Shown in pieces: positions 24,780 through 33,250 of a stretch of DNA of 64,000 nucleotides; the stretch's first letter is position 1, and the number at the start of each line of letters is the position of its first letter. The position numbers and the translations under genes are program-made. Below the pieces are notes generated by a model that worked only from the letters and a program-made list of their open reading frames with translations, made no database searches and was not told the origin of the DNA. Origin of the DNA: an uncultured archaeon (GTDB lineage Archaea > Nanohalarchaeota > Nanosalinia > Nanosalinales > Nanoanaerosalinaceae); contig CAZFEL010000001.1 in the NCBI GenBank assembly GCA_964517675.1, forward strand, positions 9,339 to 73,338, given 5' to 3'.

Positions 24780-25286
24780 TCAGTCACCGTAATGTTCGTG
24801 GACCTGGCTGGCGTCCCACGATCGCAGTTGATCCTGGTCGTAGCCGAGCTCCTCGAAGGCCTCGTACATCCGGTCCTCGTCAGGAGCCTCGATCTCGAGC
24901 AGGGCAGGGATGCCGGGATATGCATCGATGACATACTCAATATCGTCCCGCTCCCATTTCTTCCTGTGCTTGGAGGACGAGCGGACCTCCTCGAGGCCGA
25001 GCTCGCGTAGGAACCTGTCCGCCATCTCTGTGCTGGAGACATCGAACTCGATCTCCTCCATCGTCTTGGCACCGTCACGGGAGATATCAATCTTGTACGT
25101 GATGAAGGCGTGATCTCCCGCCTCCCGGAGCCGCAGGACCCCCTGGTCGTCGATGCTGCCGTCGGGGTAATCGTAGAAACGCGAGGTCACCTCACCGTCG
25201 AAGACCTTCTCCGCGCCAAGCTCATCAAGCCGTTCGGTCACCTCCTGTTCATCGATCTCCAGTACCTTCGCCTCGACCTCGTCCAT
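24780..25286 (-). CDS. CYTH domain protein (class IV adenylate cyclase / triphosphatase-like)
   Basis: EVEAKVLEID ... FITYKIDIS ... EEIEFDV pattern. Start at the internal ATG 25286, because the ORF part upstream of it is implausible. Confidence 0.65.
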   Translation of the reverse strand: MDEVEAKVLEIDEQEVTERLDELGAEKVFDGEVTSRFYDYPDGSIDDQGVLRLREAGDHAFITYKIDISRDGAKTMEEIEFDVSSTEMADRFLRELGLEEVRSSSKHRKKWERDDIEYVIDAYPGIPALLEIEAPDEDRMYEAFEELGYDQDQLRSWDASQVHEHYGD

Positions 25287-25343
25287 GGACAAGGTTGCCC
25301 CGGGAAGGTATTTAACTACTGTGACGGCATCCACCAACCGCCG

Positions 25344-26744
25344 ATGGAGAGTCTGATCGAACGAAGCCGGTCGTGGGTGACAGAGCACAGGATGACCGCA
25401 GCGGTCTTCGCTGCCGTGACAGTCCTGCTCATCGCCCAGCGGTTCATGGGCTGGAACTGGGACTTCATGGTCTACATGATGAACGGGGAGTATCTGCTCG
25501 GGTCGGGGAGCTACATCGAGTGGTACCGCGGGCCTGTCGCGGGGCTCATCCTGGGGCTGTTCCGTCTCATTGTCCCGCGATCGGTCGCATCGGTGCTGTT
25601 CGTCGCCGGGGTCTCTGCGCTGTTCCTCCATGCTGCCAGGACCGTCGCCGACCGGTATGACCTCGATGTCGATCGGTTCTACATCCTGCTTGTCTCACCC
25701 TTTGTCATCATGCAGGGGACCTTCCACGGGACTGAGATGCTGGGCCTGGCCTTTGCGATGCTGTTCATCGGGGAGCTCGATCGACCTCGTGCCGGTCTGT
25801 GGCTTTCCCTGGCGTTCCTGACGCGTTATACCTTCGTCTTCGCTGTTCCACTTGTGCTGTTCCAGTGGGACCTGTGGAAGACGATGACGACCTACGCGAT
25901 AGCGGCGGTACCTGTCCTCTCGTGGTTCGGGTTCAACTGGTACGTCCTGGGCGATCCGCTGACCAGCGTGGCGAATTCCATTGCGCTGAACGTCCGGCTC
26001 CGGCGTATCGTCCAGGCTCCTGATCTGGTGCATTTCATCTTCCTCGGGGGCCTCTCGCTTGCGTTCATCGCGTACTACATCTGGGAGGACGGTCTTCCCT
26101 CAATCGAGGCGATCCTGGAGAGGAGATGGTTTGTCCTGCTAGTCTTTGCCTCCCTCATCTCGCTCAGTTACCTCCGGACCCCGGTCAAACCGCTACGGTA
26201 CCTGTATCCTTTTGCCTTCCCGGTCGCTGTCGCGGGGGCAAGGGCCTGGGATCGGCTCGATCTGCCAGGGATACTGCTGGCGGCCGTCGCTGTCGTCCAC
26301 CTGCTCGGTGGCGCGTACCTCGTCGCCGGGACGCCTGCTGCCCATCCAGATCCGTACATGGACGCCGCAGAGTATGTAGAGGGCTGTCAGGCCTCGTCAA
26401 ACATCTGGCCGCATATTTCCTATGCCGGGAAACCGGCAGAACCTGTCCCGGATATCAACGGCGTGCGCCAGCAGATCGAGGAGGGCTATCGTGTCGTGCT
26501 GTTCCTGAACAGTCCGAGCCCGCCGTTCATGAAAAACGAGAGCCTCCTCGCATCACTGCCGACAGTCAAAGAGACAGGGAGCTACATCGTGGCAGGACAC
26601 GAAGACAGGTGCCTGGAACCAGACCCGGTGAACGAGACATACTTCACGTTCCGAGAACGTCGGCTGGCTGCCGAGGGAATCGAACAAGACTACAGGCCGT
26701 GTCCTTTCCTCCTCGGAGATATCTGCAGGTACCTGGGACTGTGA
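25344..26744 (+). CDS. polytopic integral membrane protein with a C-terminal soluble domain (GT-C-like glycosyltransferase candidate)
   Basis: 467 aa from ATG 25344. About 10 TM helices followed by a hydrophilic about 130-aa domain. Confidence 0.55.
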   Translation: MESLIERSRSWVTEHRMTAAVFAAVTVLLIAQRFMGWNWDFMVYMMNGEYLLGSGSYIEWYRGPVAGLILGLFRLIVPRSVASVLFVAGVSALFLHAARTVADRYDLDVDRFYILLVSPFVIMQGTFHGTEMLGLAFAMLFIGELDRPRAGLWLSLAFLTRYTFVFAVPLVLFQWDLWKTMTTYAIAAVPVLSWFGFNWYVLGDPLTSVANSIALNVRLRRIVQAPDLVHFIFLGGLSLAFIAYYIWEDGLPSIEAILERRWFVLLVFASLISLSYLRTPVKPLRYLYPFAFPVAVAGARAWDRLDLPGILLAAVAVVHLLGGAYLVAGTPAAHPDPYMDAAEYVEGCQASSNIWPHISYAGKPAEPVPDINGVRQQIEEGYRVVLFLNSPSPPFMKNESLLASLPTVKETGSYIVAGHEDRCLEPDPVNETYFTFRERRLAAEGIEQDYRPCPFLLGDICRYLGL

Positions 26745-27161
26745 TCACCCTTTCTCCAGGCGGACGGTGTCTTCATCCTCCTCGAGCGAATCCATGTCCG
26801 CGATGATGGTCCCTGCATCGGCGACGATGTCTGTCAGTTCGTCCTGGAGAGCCTCGAGCTGTTGCTGGAGCTGGATGATCTCCCGGCGCTTATCGAGATA
26901 GGCCTTCTTATCGAACCCGTCCCTGTCCTCGAGGAGGTTGATGAGGTTGTGTCCGCGGAGATCGAGCTCGTAGGTATTGCCCACACTCTCAGCACGCTCC
27001 CCGACGAGACCGAGTTCTTTAGCCTCAGTGAGTCGCTCCCTGAGGGTTGTCCTGTCGGTCGCCGACCGCTCCACGAGGTAGCCAAGGGACTTGGGGCCGC
27101 CCTGGAGCTGGAAGAGAAGATGGAGGCTTCCGGGTTGTCGGATGTAGTCCGTGAGGTCCAT
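26745..27161 (-). CDS. winged-helix plus coiled-coil protein (putative regulator)
   Basis: N-terminal wHTH-like region (KSLGYLVERSATDRTTLRERLTEAKELGLV) followed by a heptad-rich acidic C-terminus. Confidence 0.45.
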   Translation of the reverse strand: MDLTDYIRQPGSLHLLFQLQGGPKSLGYLVERSATDRTTLRERLTEAKELGLVGERAESVGNTYELDLRGHNLINLLEDRDGFDKKAYLDKRREIIQLQQQLEALQDELTDIVADAGTIIADMDSLEEDEDTVRLEKG

Positions 27162-27265
27162 CACAGTGCAGTATTGTCCGTCCGTGCCCTTATGTGTTCC
27201 GGCGGCCGGGCGTGACAGAAAAGTTTAATAGGACGGAACGACCAGTCCATCTGTGAGGGACCAAC

Positions 27266-27658
27266 ATGGCCGGCCAGTCAGACGATGACTCTCTTTTCGT
27301 ACGCGTCGAAGGATACAAGGTGATCCTGCAGGATCTGGAAGCAGTCAGGCAGATCATCGAGAACATGAAAGAGGCCGTCAGCGTCATGAACCAGGTCGAT
27401 AAGGTCAAAGAACAGAGCATCGAGACGTTCCTCACCAACGTGGACCGGCTGAACGAGAAGCTCCAGTCGATCGATGCTGAGATGCCTCAGATGCGGGACA
27501 TGGAACAGGGCGGCAGCGTGACGATCGAGCGCGACCGCTCACAGCCACAGGGCCCCGATCCAGAACCAGAGAATACCGACGAGGTCGTCGATGATTCCAT
27601 CAGAGACCTCCATTCCGAACTCCAGGGCCTGAAGGACGAACTCGACAAGCTCGAGTGA
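27266..27658 (+). CDS. hypothetical coiled-coil acidic protein
   Basis: 130-aa ORF. First gene of a tightly spaced four-gene plus-strand set. Confidence 0.45.
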   Translation: MAGQSDDDSLFVRVEGYKVILQDLEAVRQIIENMKEAVSVMNQVDKVKEQSIETFLTNVDRLNEKLQSIDAEMPQMRDMEQGGSVTIERDRSQPQGPDPEPENTDEVVDDSIRDLHSELQGLKDELDKLE

Positions 27659-27669
27659 CGTGATTCCTC

Positions 27670-28026
27670 ATGCCGGACCAGGAGCACCAGGATTTCTACG
27701 AAAAGGCCATAGATCGCATCATCGACACATTCATCGACCTCCTCGGCAGGAAGACTGCACTGATGACAGCCCGCAAGGCTCCGCTGGAGATCAACAAGGA
27801 TGGTGATGTGACAGGGTTCTATGGCGAGGGGAAACAGGTCCTTTCAATCCTGACGGACCAGTACGCTGACGTGTTCGGGAAGACCGTGGCCCGCAGGAAG
27901 GTGCGGCAGGCGATCGAGGATATGATAGATGATGAGACACGGGAACATCTTCCCACCAAGCTCCGGACGATCGAAACAGATGACAACGGGTTCGTCGCTC
28001 GATTGCTCGATCGGCTGTGGATATAA
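27670..28026 (+). CDS. hypothetical protein
   Basis: 118-aa ORF, 12 nt after the previous gene. Confidence 0.45.
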   Translation: MPDQEHQDFYEKAIDRIIDTFIDLLGRKTALMTARKAPLEINKDGDVTGFYGEGKQVLSILTDQYADVFGKTVARRKVRQAIEDMIDDETREHLPTKLRTIETDDNGFVARLLDRLWI

Positions 28027-28049
28027 TCGATGCAAACGGTGAAACAACA

Positions 28050-28466
28050 ATGACAAAGATGCGAACGAAGGACTGGGGTCTTCTGGGCGGTGGAGCGGCT
28101 GTATCGCTCGTCGCCGCCTATCTGGCCCATGCAGGGAGCATCGGACAGTCAACGGTCTCTACCCTCACGACATGGGTGCCGCGGCTGTCCGTCGTCGTCA
28201 TCCTCCTCGGGGTCCTGTTCATCTACCTGGCCAGGGATCTCCTGGGCGGGCAGGTGTCAAGGAACCTAGAGGTCGTGGCGTCGGGCTTCCTGATCTATGG
28301 GCTGGTCTACTGGCCCCACAAGATCGCGTGGCACGGGTCCGGCGAGCCATCGTGGCTCGGCGTGAGCGCCGGTGCCTGGCAGACCTTCTTCCATCTGCTG
28401 ACAGTGAGCACCCTGGTCATCGTGGCCTACGGGTTCTACCTGTTCTGGCAGATGGGGAAGGAATGA
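28050..28466 (+). CDS. small membrane protein (about 4 TM), paralog A
   Basis: DLLGGQVSRNLEVVASGFLIYGLVYW ... YGFYLFWQMGKE is paralogous to the next gene. Confidence 0.5.
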   Translation: MTKMRTKDWGLLGGGAAVSLVAAYLAHAGSIGQSTVSTLTTWVPRLSVVVILLGVLFIYLARDLLGGQVSRNLEVVASGFLIYGLVYWPHKIAWHGSGEPSWLGVSAGAWQTFFHLLTVSTLVIVAYGFYLFWQMGKE

Positions 28467-28467
28467 G

Positions 28468-28869
28468 GTGATGACGATGGAGAAAAAGGACAGAGCAGTC
28501 ATCGCCGGCAGCGTGTTGATCGCCGCCCTGGCAGGCGTCTGGGCCCATCTGATGGGTATCGGCACCGAGGTCGATGCGTTCATCGATTACTTCACGGTGA
28601 TCGCGACCCTGACCTCTGTCGGTTTCATCTACCTCTCCAGGGATCTCCTGGGTGGTAGCGTGGCACGCAATCTTGAGATCATCGGAACAGGCCTGTTCCT
28701 GTACGTCCTGGTGTACTGGACATCCTACAACTGGGACGTCGCAGGGAACCCGGAGTGGCTGGGCGTCGCGTCACCGGGCTGGAACCTCTTGTTCAGCCTG
28801 ATGACATTCGTGACGTTCGGCTTCGTCACCTACGGGTTCTACCTGTTCTGGCACATAGGGGAGGAGTAA
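28468..28869 (+). CDS. small membrane protein (about 4 TM), paralog B
   Basis: DLLGGSVARNLEIIGTGLFLYVLVYW ... YGFYLFWHIGEE. Tandem duplicate of 28050..28466. Confidence 0.5.
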   Translation: MMTMEKKDRAVIAGSVLIAALAGVWAHLMGIGTEVDAFIDYFTVIATLTSVGFIYLSRDLLGGSVARNLEIIGTGLFLYVLVYWTSYNWDVAGNPEWLGVASPGWNLLFSLMTFVTFGFVTYGFYLFWHIGEE

Positions 28870-28897
28870 GCTCCCTTCCCTGTCTCTTTTTTCTTTC

Positions 28898-29275
28898 TTA
28901 GCTAACGATCTCGACCTCGAAGCCTTCAGGATCTTTGACGAAGGCATACTCCCCAGGACATTCCTTCGGCGGTCGGTAGTCCTTTCCACCCGCCTCGATA
29001 GCCCTGTCGTAGGCCTCCTGGAGTGTCTCGTCCTCGTCCTTCCTGATGGCGATGTGGCCGAACCCTCGTGCCTTCTCGTAGGGCTCGTCCTCGCCGTGGT
29101 TGTGGGTCAGTTCCAGTTCGGCGTCCTGGCCCGGGATCGAGAGGAAGTACAGCGTGAACGTCTCCATCTCCTTTTTCTCCCGCAGCTCGAAGCCGAATGC
29201 CTCTTCGTAGAAGTTCACCATCGCTTCAGGGTCACCGACCCGCAGCATCGTGTGTGCGAATTTCATAAGAACCAA
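28898..29275 (-). CDS. VOC family protein (glyoxalase I / lactoylglutathione lyase-like)
   Basis: HTMLRVGD ... GFGHIAI ... EGFEVEI, a typical glyoxalase/VOC fold. Confidence 0.75.
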   Translation of the reverse strand: MVLMKFAHTMLRVGDPEAMVNFYEEAFGFELREKKEMETFTLYFLSIPGQDAELELTHNHGEDEPYEKARGFGHIAIRKDEDETLQEAYDRAIEAGGKDYRPPKECPGEYAFVKDPEGFEVEIVS

Positions 29276-29293
29276 TCACCTTGTGCCGGTCAA

Positions 29294-29303
29294 ATATTAA
29301 AAG
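29294..29303 (+). promoter_or_regulatory. TATA-box-like element upstream of the repeat-containing tRNA-Leu(CAG) leader
   Basis: ATATTAAAAG. Predicted TSS near 29330, which is the start of the most distal degenerate repeat unit. Confidence 0.3.
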
Positions 29304-29332
29304 CGTGTCTCTATCACAGACAGGTGCGGATC

Positions 29333-29562
29333 AGGAGGTAGCCACGGAGTGGTCGTCACCCTCCAGAAACAATCGGCGGGCACAGGAAGCCGAGGTAGCC
29401 AAGTGGAACATCTTGGCAACCCCCTCTGTCAAGAGGAATATAGTACGCGGAGGTAGCCAAGTGGAACATCTTGGCAACCCCCTCTGTCAAGAGGAATATA
29501 GTACGCGGAGGTAGCCAAGTGGAACATCTTGGCAACCCCCTCTGTCAAGAGGAATATAGTAC
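29333..29562 (+). repeat. tandem array of four 56-58-nt units, each beginning with a copy of the first 18 nt of tRNA-Leu(CAG)
   Basis: Units at 29389, 29447 and 29505 (58 nt) are 57-58/58 identical and start with GC(G/C)GAGGTAGCCAAGTGG. The unit at 29333 is degenerate. The array abuts the intact tRNA at 29563. Confidence 0.85.
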
Positions 29563-29645
29563 GCGGAGGTAGCCAAGTGGCCAAAGGCGCAGCGTTCAGG
29601 GCGCTGTCGGTTAGCCGTTCGCAGGTTCGAATCCTGCCCTCCGCA
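29563..29645 (+). tRNA. tRNA-Leu (anticodon CAG)
   Basis: Hand-folded: acceptor GCGGAGG/CCTCCGC, anticodon stem CAGCG/CGCTG with loop TTCAGGG, long variable arm, T-arm GCAGG-TTCGAAT-CCTGC, discriminator A. Confidence 0.9.
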
Positions 29646-29804
29646 TTCCTCCAGAGGAAGAATACTCGAACAGTACCGTAGGTGCTTTGCTCCGGACTCC
29701 TCTGTTCTGTTCTCACGACATCCTTCCAGACACACCCAAAAGGTGTCGTCACTTAACAGTAACATTTTTAAGCATCTGCTTGGAACAGGTTCGTGGAGAT
29801 CACC

Positions 29805-30581
29805 ATGTTCGATACAGTCAGGCGGACGAAGACATACGATATCGAATCAGATACCATGGAAGAAACACTCGGGGCTGATGAGCTCATGGGGAAGCATCCG
29901 GAGACAGCGCTGGAAGAGCCGTTCGAGGAGCTACTCGAGGAGACAGATGAGCCAGATGATCTCGTCGGCGCGTACACAGGCGTCCTTGAGGATCAGCGCG
30001 GACGGGAACGCCAGTTCCGCATCGACATCAACAAGCGAGGCGGTGGACTGATCGCCGGCGGCGGGATAATCGCACCGATCCCAACAGAATACGAGGCAGA
30101 AGCAGCCGTCGAACCCACCCCCGCCGTGAAGAAGACCGGAGAAGCGCTCGAAAAGGTCGGGAGCGCGGTATCGAAGGCAGGAGCCGTGACGGCCGAGTAC
30201 ACCCTCATCCCTGCGTTCGAGGGCATGGCCGCGAGCGCGGACAAGATGGACGACCGCTGGAATGGCTTCAAGCAGAAGGTCTATGACGCCGCTGCCACAG
30301 AGTACGATGCCGAGATCACCGTTCTTGCTGATGGAAAGACCCTGGAACAATCCTACCTCGGTCTAGACGAATGGGACGCCCGGACAAAGGCGAAAAAGAC
30401 CGCGAAAAACGCGGTACCGGACATCCGATCAAGCCCATCAGCCGTCTACAAGCTCGATGACGGCGACAAGACGAAACATTACGCATTGACCGCCTCCTGC
30501 GCTGTCGGGAGCCACAACTGGACAACATCGACCAAGGAGATCGACGAGGAGACCTACGAGGAGCTACTCGAGGACGTCTGA
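29805..30581 (+). CDS. hypothetical acidic protein
   Basis: ORF 29793..30581 with the start possibly at M5. No recognisable motif. Confidence 0.45.
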   Translation: MFDTVRRTKTYDIESDTMEETLGADELMGKHPETALEEPFEELLEETDEPDDLVGAYTGVLEDQRGRERQFRIDINKRGGGLIAGGGIIAPIPTEYEAEAAVEPTPAVKKTGEALEKVGSAVSKAGAVTAEYTLIPAFEGMAASADKMDDRWNGFKQKVYDAAATEYDAEITVLADGKTLEQSYLGLDEWDARTKAKKTAKNAVPDIRSSPSAVYKLDDGDKTKHYALTASCAVGSHNWTTSTKEIDEETYEELLEDV

Positions 30582-30644
30582 TCCCGTCAGGCCTGCTCCG
30601 GCCAAGCTCTCAGGGACGCGCTTTCCTCGACCGGCAGGACCAAA

Positions 30645-31070
30645 TCACGTCCCGAGCAGCCAGAGGAGATGGACGGTGAGCAGCGCCAGCAGGACGACAT
30701 TCTCGACCACGCGGTGCGGTGTCAGCGGGAGCTCGAGGAGCCCGTAACAGCCACAGTCATCCATCTCGTTGCCGACCGCTATCTCATAGATCAACAGCGG
30801 CGTGAACCCAAGCAACAGCGCCATGATCGTCCCAGCGGACAGCAGCGGGAGGAACCCTATCAGCACCCCGATCCCTGCCAGCAGCTCGATGGCGGTCAGG
30901 AGGTAGGTCCCGAGGACCGCCAGGCGCTCGAAGGACGCGGGCACTGCCTCGTACCGTGCCGAGACCCTCGCGGTCTCGGGCATGTCCACTACCTTCAGCA
31001 CGCCGGCTGCGGTGAAGACACCACCGACGACGAACCTCCCGACAAGCGCAGTGAGCTCGAAGGCAGTCAT
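30645..31070 (-). CDS. MauE/DoxX-family membrane protein
   Basis: Four TM helices and a DCGCYG motif, similar to the MauE/DoxX CGCFG motif. Confidence 0.55.
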   Translation of the reverse strand: MTAFELTALVGRFVVGGVFTAAGVLKVVDMPETARVSARYEAVPASFERLAVLGTYLLTAIELLAGIGVLIGFLPLLSAGTIMALLLGFTPLLIYEIAVGNEMDDCGCYGLLELPLTPHRVVENVVLLALLTVHLLWLLGT

Positions 31071-31073
31071 CGA

Positions 31074-31415
31074 TCAGGCGACGTCCTCGTAGATATCATC
31101 GACCTTCGCGGCCATGATGAAGTCGTTCTCGTGCAGGCCGTCGATCTTGTGGGTGTAAAACGTCACATCTGCCTCGCCCCACGTGAACTCGATGCTGGGA
31201 TGGTGGCCTTCCTCCTCGGCGGCCTCACCGATCCTGTTGACGAACTCGAGGGCGTCCTCGAAGTCCTCGAACTCGAAGTGCCGGGCGATGTGGTGATCGC
31301 GTTTGACCTCCCAGTCCTCGTGGACCTGCTCGAGGTGTTCGTTGATCTCTCCAGGTTCCATCGGCGGGATGCCGCCCTGACACGGTTCGCATTGCTGGTC
31401 CGATAGAGCGCTCAT
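31074..31415 (-). CDS. pterin-4a-carbinolamine dehydratase (PCD/DCoH)
   Basis: EHLEQVHEDWEV ... HHP ... ADVTFYTHKIDGLHENDF matches the PCD signature. Start at the internal ATG 31415. Confidence 0.8.
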   Translation of the reverse strand: MSALSDQQCEPCQGGIPPMEPGEINEHLEQVHEDWEVKRDHHIARHFEFEDFEDALEFVNRIGEAAEEEGHHPSIEFTWGEADVTFYTHKIDGLHENDFIMAAKVDDIYEDVA

Positions 31416-31507
31416 GGTATCAAGGATACATGGGTGTCGGCGGTATGTATGTCTTGCCCACAAGAAAGGAACAGAACCCCCACGGCGATGCCGCGGGGGA
31501 CGTACTG

Positions 31508-32494
31508 TCAATTGGCCGTCCGATCGAGGAACTCATCGGCGTTCCCGAGGAGGTCCTCCAGGTCGAAGCTGTCACGGACCTGACCCATGATCTCGTCGAT
31601 CTTGCCATCCTCGAGATCGCCATCGGTCCCGGGCAGCAGCTCGGCGGGCACGGTGACGACCGTCGAGTTCTCCTTCGCGACCTCATCGATCGTCTGCAGT
31701 GTCCGGAGCTTGTAGCCGGCAGAACCAAGGATCTCCGATGCCATCCGCGTCCGCGCTGCGGCCTGGAGCTCTCCCTGAGCGTGGGTGATACGTGCACGGC
31801 GGTCACGCTCGGCCTCGGCCTCACTTGCCATCGCCCGCTCCATCGAATCGGGGATAGAGACGTCCTGGATCTCGACATCGCGGATGTGGATGCCGAAGTC
31901 ATTCGTCGCCTTGTCCAGCTGCTGGCGCAGCTCGTCGGCGATCTCGTCCCTGTTCTGGAGGATCTCGTCGAGCTCTTTCTCACCGATCATCGCACGGAGC
32001 ATCGTCTGGCCGTAGTTGACGGTGACCTTCGAGAAGTCCTCGACCTCCAGGACCGCCTTCTTGACCTCGTCAGCGTCCTTCCGGACCTTGTAGAACACGA
32101 TCGCGTCCACAGTCGTCGTGACGTTGTCCTTCGTCAGGACCTTCTGCGGATGGACGTTGACCGTCTTGACCCTGTAATCGATCGTCTGGACCCACTCCAT
32201 GAACGGGATCTTCAGGTTGAATCCCGGTCCGAGCACGCGGCTGTAGCTCCCCAGCCGGAACACGACCGCGCGCTCGTACTCCTGGTTGAGCACGACCGAG
32301 AAATACGTCAGGATGGCAAAGAGCAGGCCGACAGCGAGCCCGCCGCCACCGACGATCGCTCCACCGATCGCCGCACCGACCGCACCCATGACAAGCGCCA
32401 TGATGAGTTTGATCGCAGATCCTGAAGCCTTCGCAGTATCCATCTCAGGGGCATCCATCGACCCGGACCCCTGGCTCTGGTTGAACTGTGGCAT
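31508..32494 (-). CDS. SPFH/band-7 (stomatin/prohibitin-like) membrane protein
   Basis: N-terminal TM, then the SPFH core (ERAVVFRLGSYSRVLGPGFNLKIPF ... VDAIVFYKV) with a coiled-coil Ala/Glu-rich tail. Confidence 0.85.
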   Translation of the reverse strand: MPQFNQSQGSGSMDAPEMDTAKASGSAIKLIMALVMGAVGAAIGGAIVGGGGLAVGLLFAILTYFSVVLNQEYERAVVFRLGSYSRVLGPGFNLKIPFMEWVQTIDYRVKTVNVHPQKVLTKDNVTTTVDAIVFYKVRKDADEVKKAVLEVEDFSKVTVNYGQTMLRAMIGEKELDEILQNRDEIADELRQQLDKATNDFGIHIRDVEIQDVSIPDSMERAMASEAEAERDRRARITHAQGELQAAARTRMASEILGSAGYKLRTLQTIDEVAKENSTVVTVPAELLPGTDGDLEDGKIDEIMGQVRDSFDLEDLLGNADEFLDRTAN

Positions 32495-32535
32495 AGGTCC
32501 TACTTACCGTCCCGCCTTAAAGAAACTGATTCCGA

Positions 32536-33060
32536 TCAGTCCACCAGATTGACGAGTCCCCTGAGACCGTTGTAGAAGGCCTCCAGGCCCGCCTCTGCCG
32601 TCATGAATCCTGCCGATATCGTGCCCGCCGTCACCGAGGCAGCCATCGATTCAAGGGTCGAGGGAGACGCCGGCTCGACCCTGGCACGTTCATCATAGCC
32701 ATCCACCCCGATCGAGGGCTCATCACCGAGGAGCTGGTACTTCTCGTCCTCGTAGGTCGATCCCGGCTCCACGAGGACCGCCCGACCGTCACCGTGATCG
32801 ATCACGATCTCGTACCGGGCGTCATCGTACCCCGGCCTGCCCTCCACCGGCTCGGGAGACAGCCACACCTCGGATGGTTCGTCCGCACCGCGCGTGCCCC
32901 TGTCAGCTCCACCTGCAGCTGCGGCAACAGGTTCACCATCGCCACCGGTGGCTCCATCAGGCATCTCCTGGACATCGTCCGACCCCGACGATGCTCCTGG
33001 CGTCCCGTCAAGGAGCGCATCGAGGTCCTCGTCCAGCATCCCGTCAAGGGGATCTGTCAT
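32536..33060 (-). CDS. hypothetical acidic protein
   Basis: ORF 32536..33216 with start at the internal ATG 33060. Downstream of the SPFH gene. Confidence 0.45.
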   Translation of the reverse strand: MTDPLDGMLDEDLDALLDGTPGASSGSDDVQEMPDGATGGDGEPVAAAAGGADRGTRGADEPSEVWLSPEPVEGRPGYDDARYEIVIDHGDGRAVLVEPGSTYEDEKYQLLGDEPSIGVDGYDERARVEPASPSTLESMAASVTAGTISAGFMTAEAGLEAFYNGLRGLVNLVD

Positions 33061-33250
33061 GCTAGTACATTGGCCGGACCACATTAAAAATCTCATCACA
33101 CGCCGGTGGAACGATGAGCCTGCTCGGCACAGTGATACCCGTCCTTTTCGTCCTGCTGATGCTCCTGATAGCCGCGACGGCTTCAAGCCCGTTAACGCAG
33201 GGAAAACAAAAGGCAACCACTTTTATGCCGGCTCCCCCAACTCAGCCTCC

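Noticed and set aside
29333-29562. Possible CRISPR array
   Set aside because: The units are full-length 58-nt tandem copies with no unique spacers, no cas genes, and identity to a tRNA 5' end. This is not CRISPR architecture.
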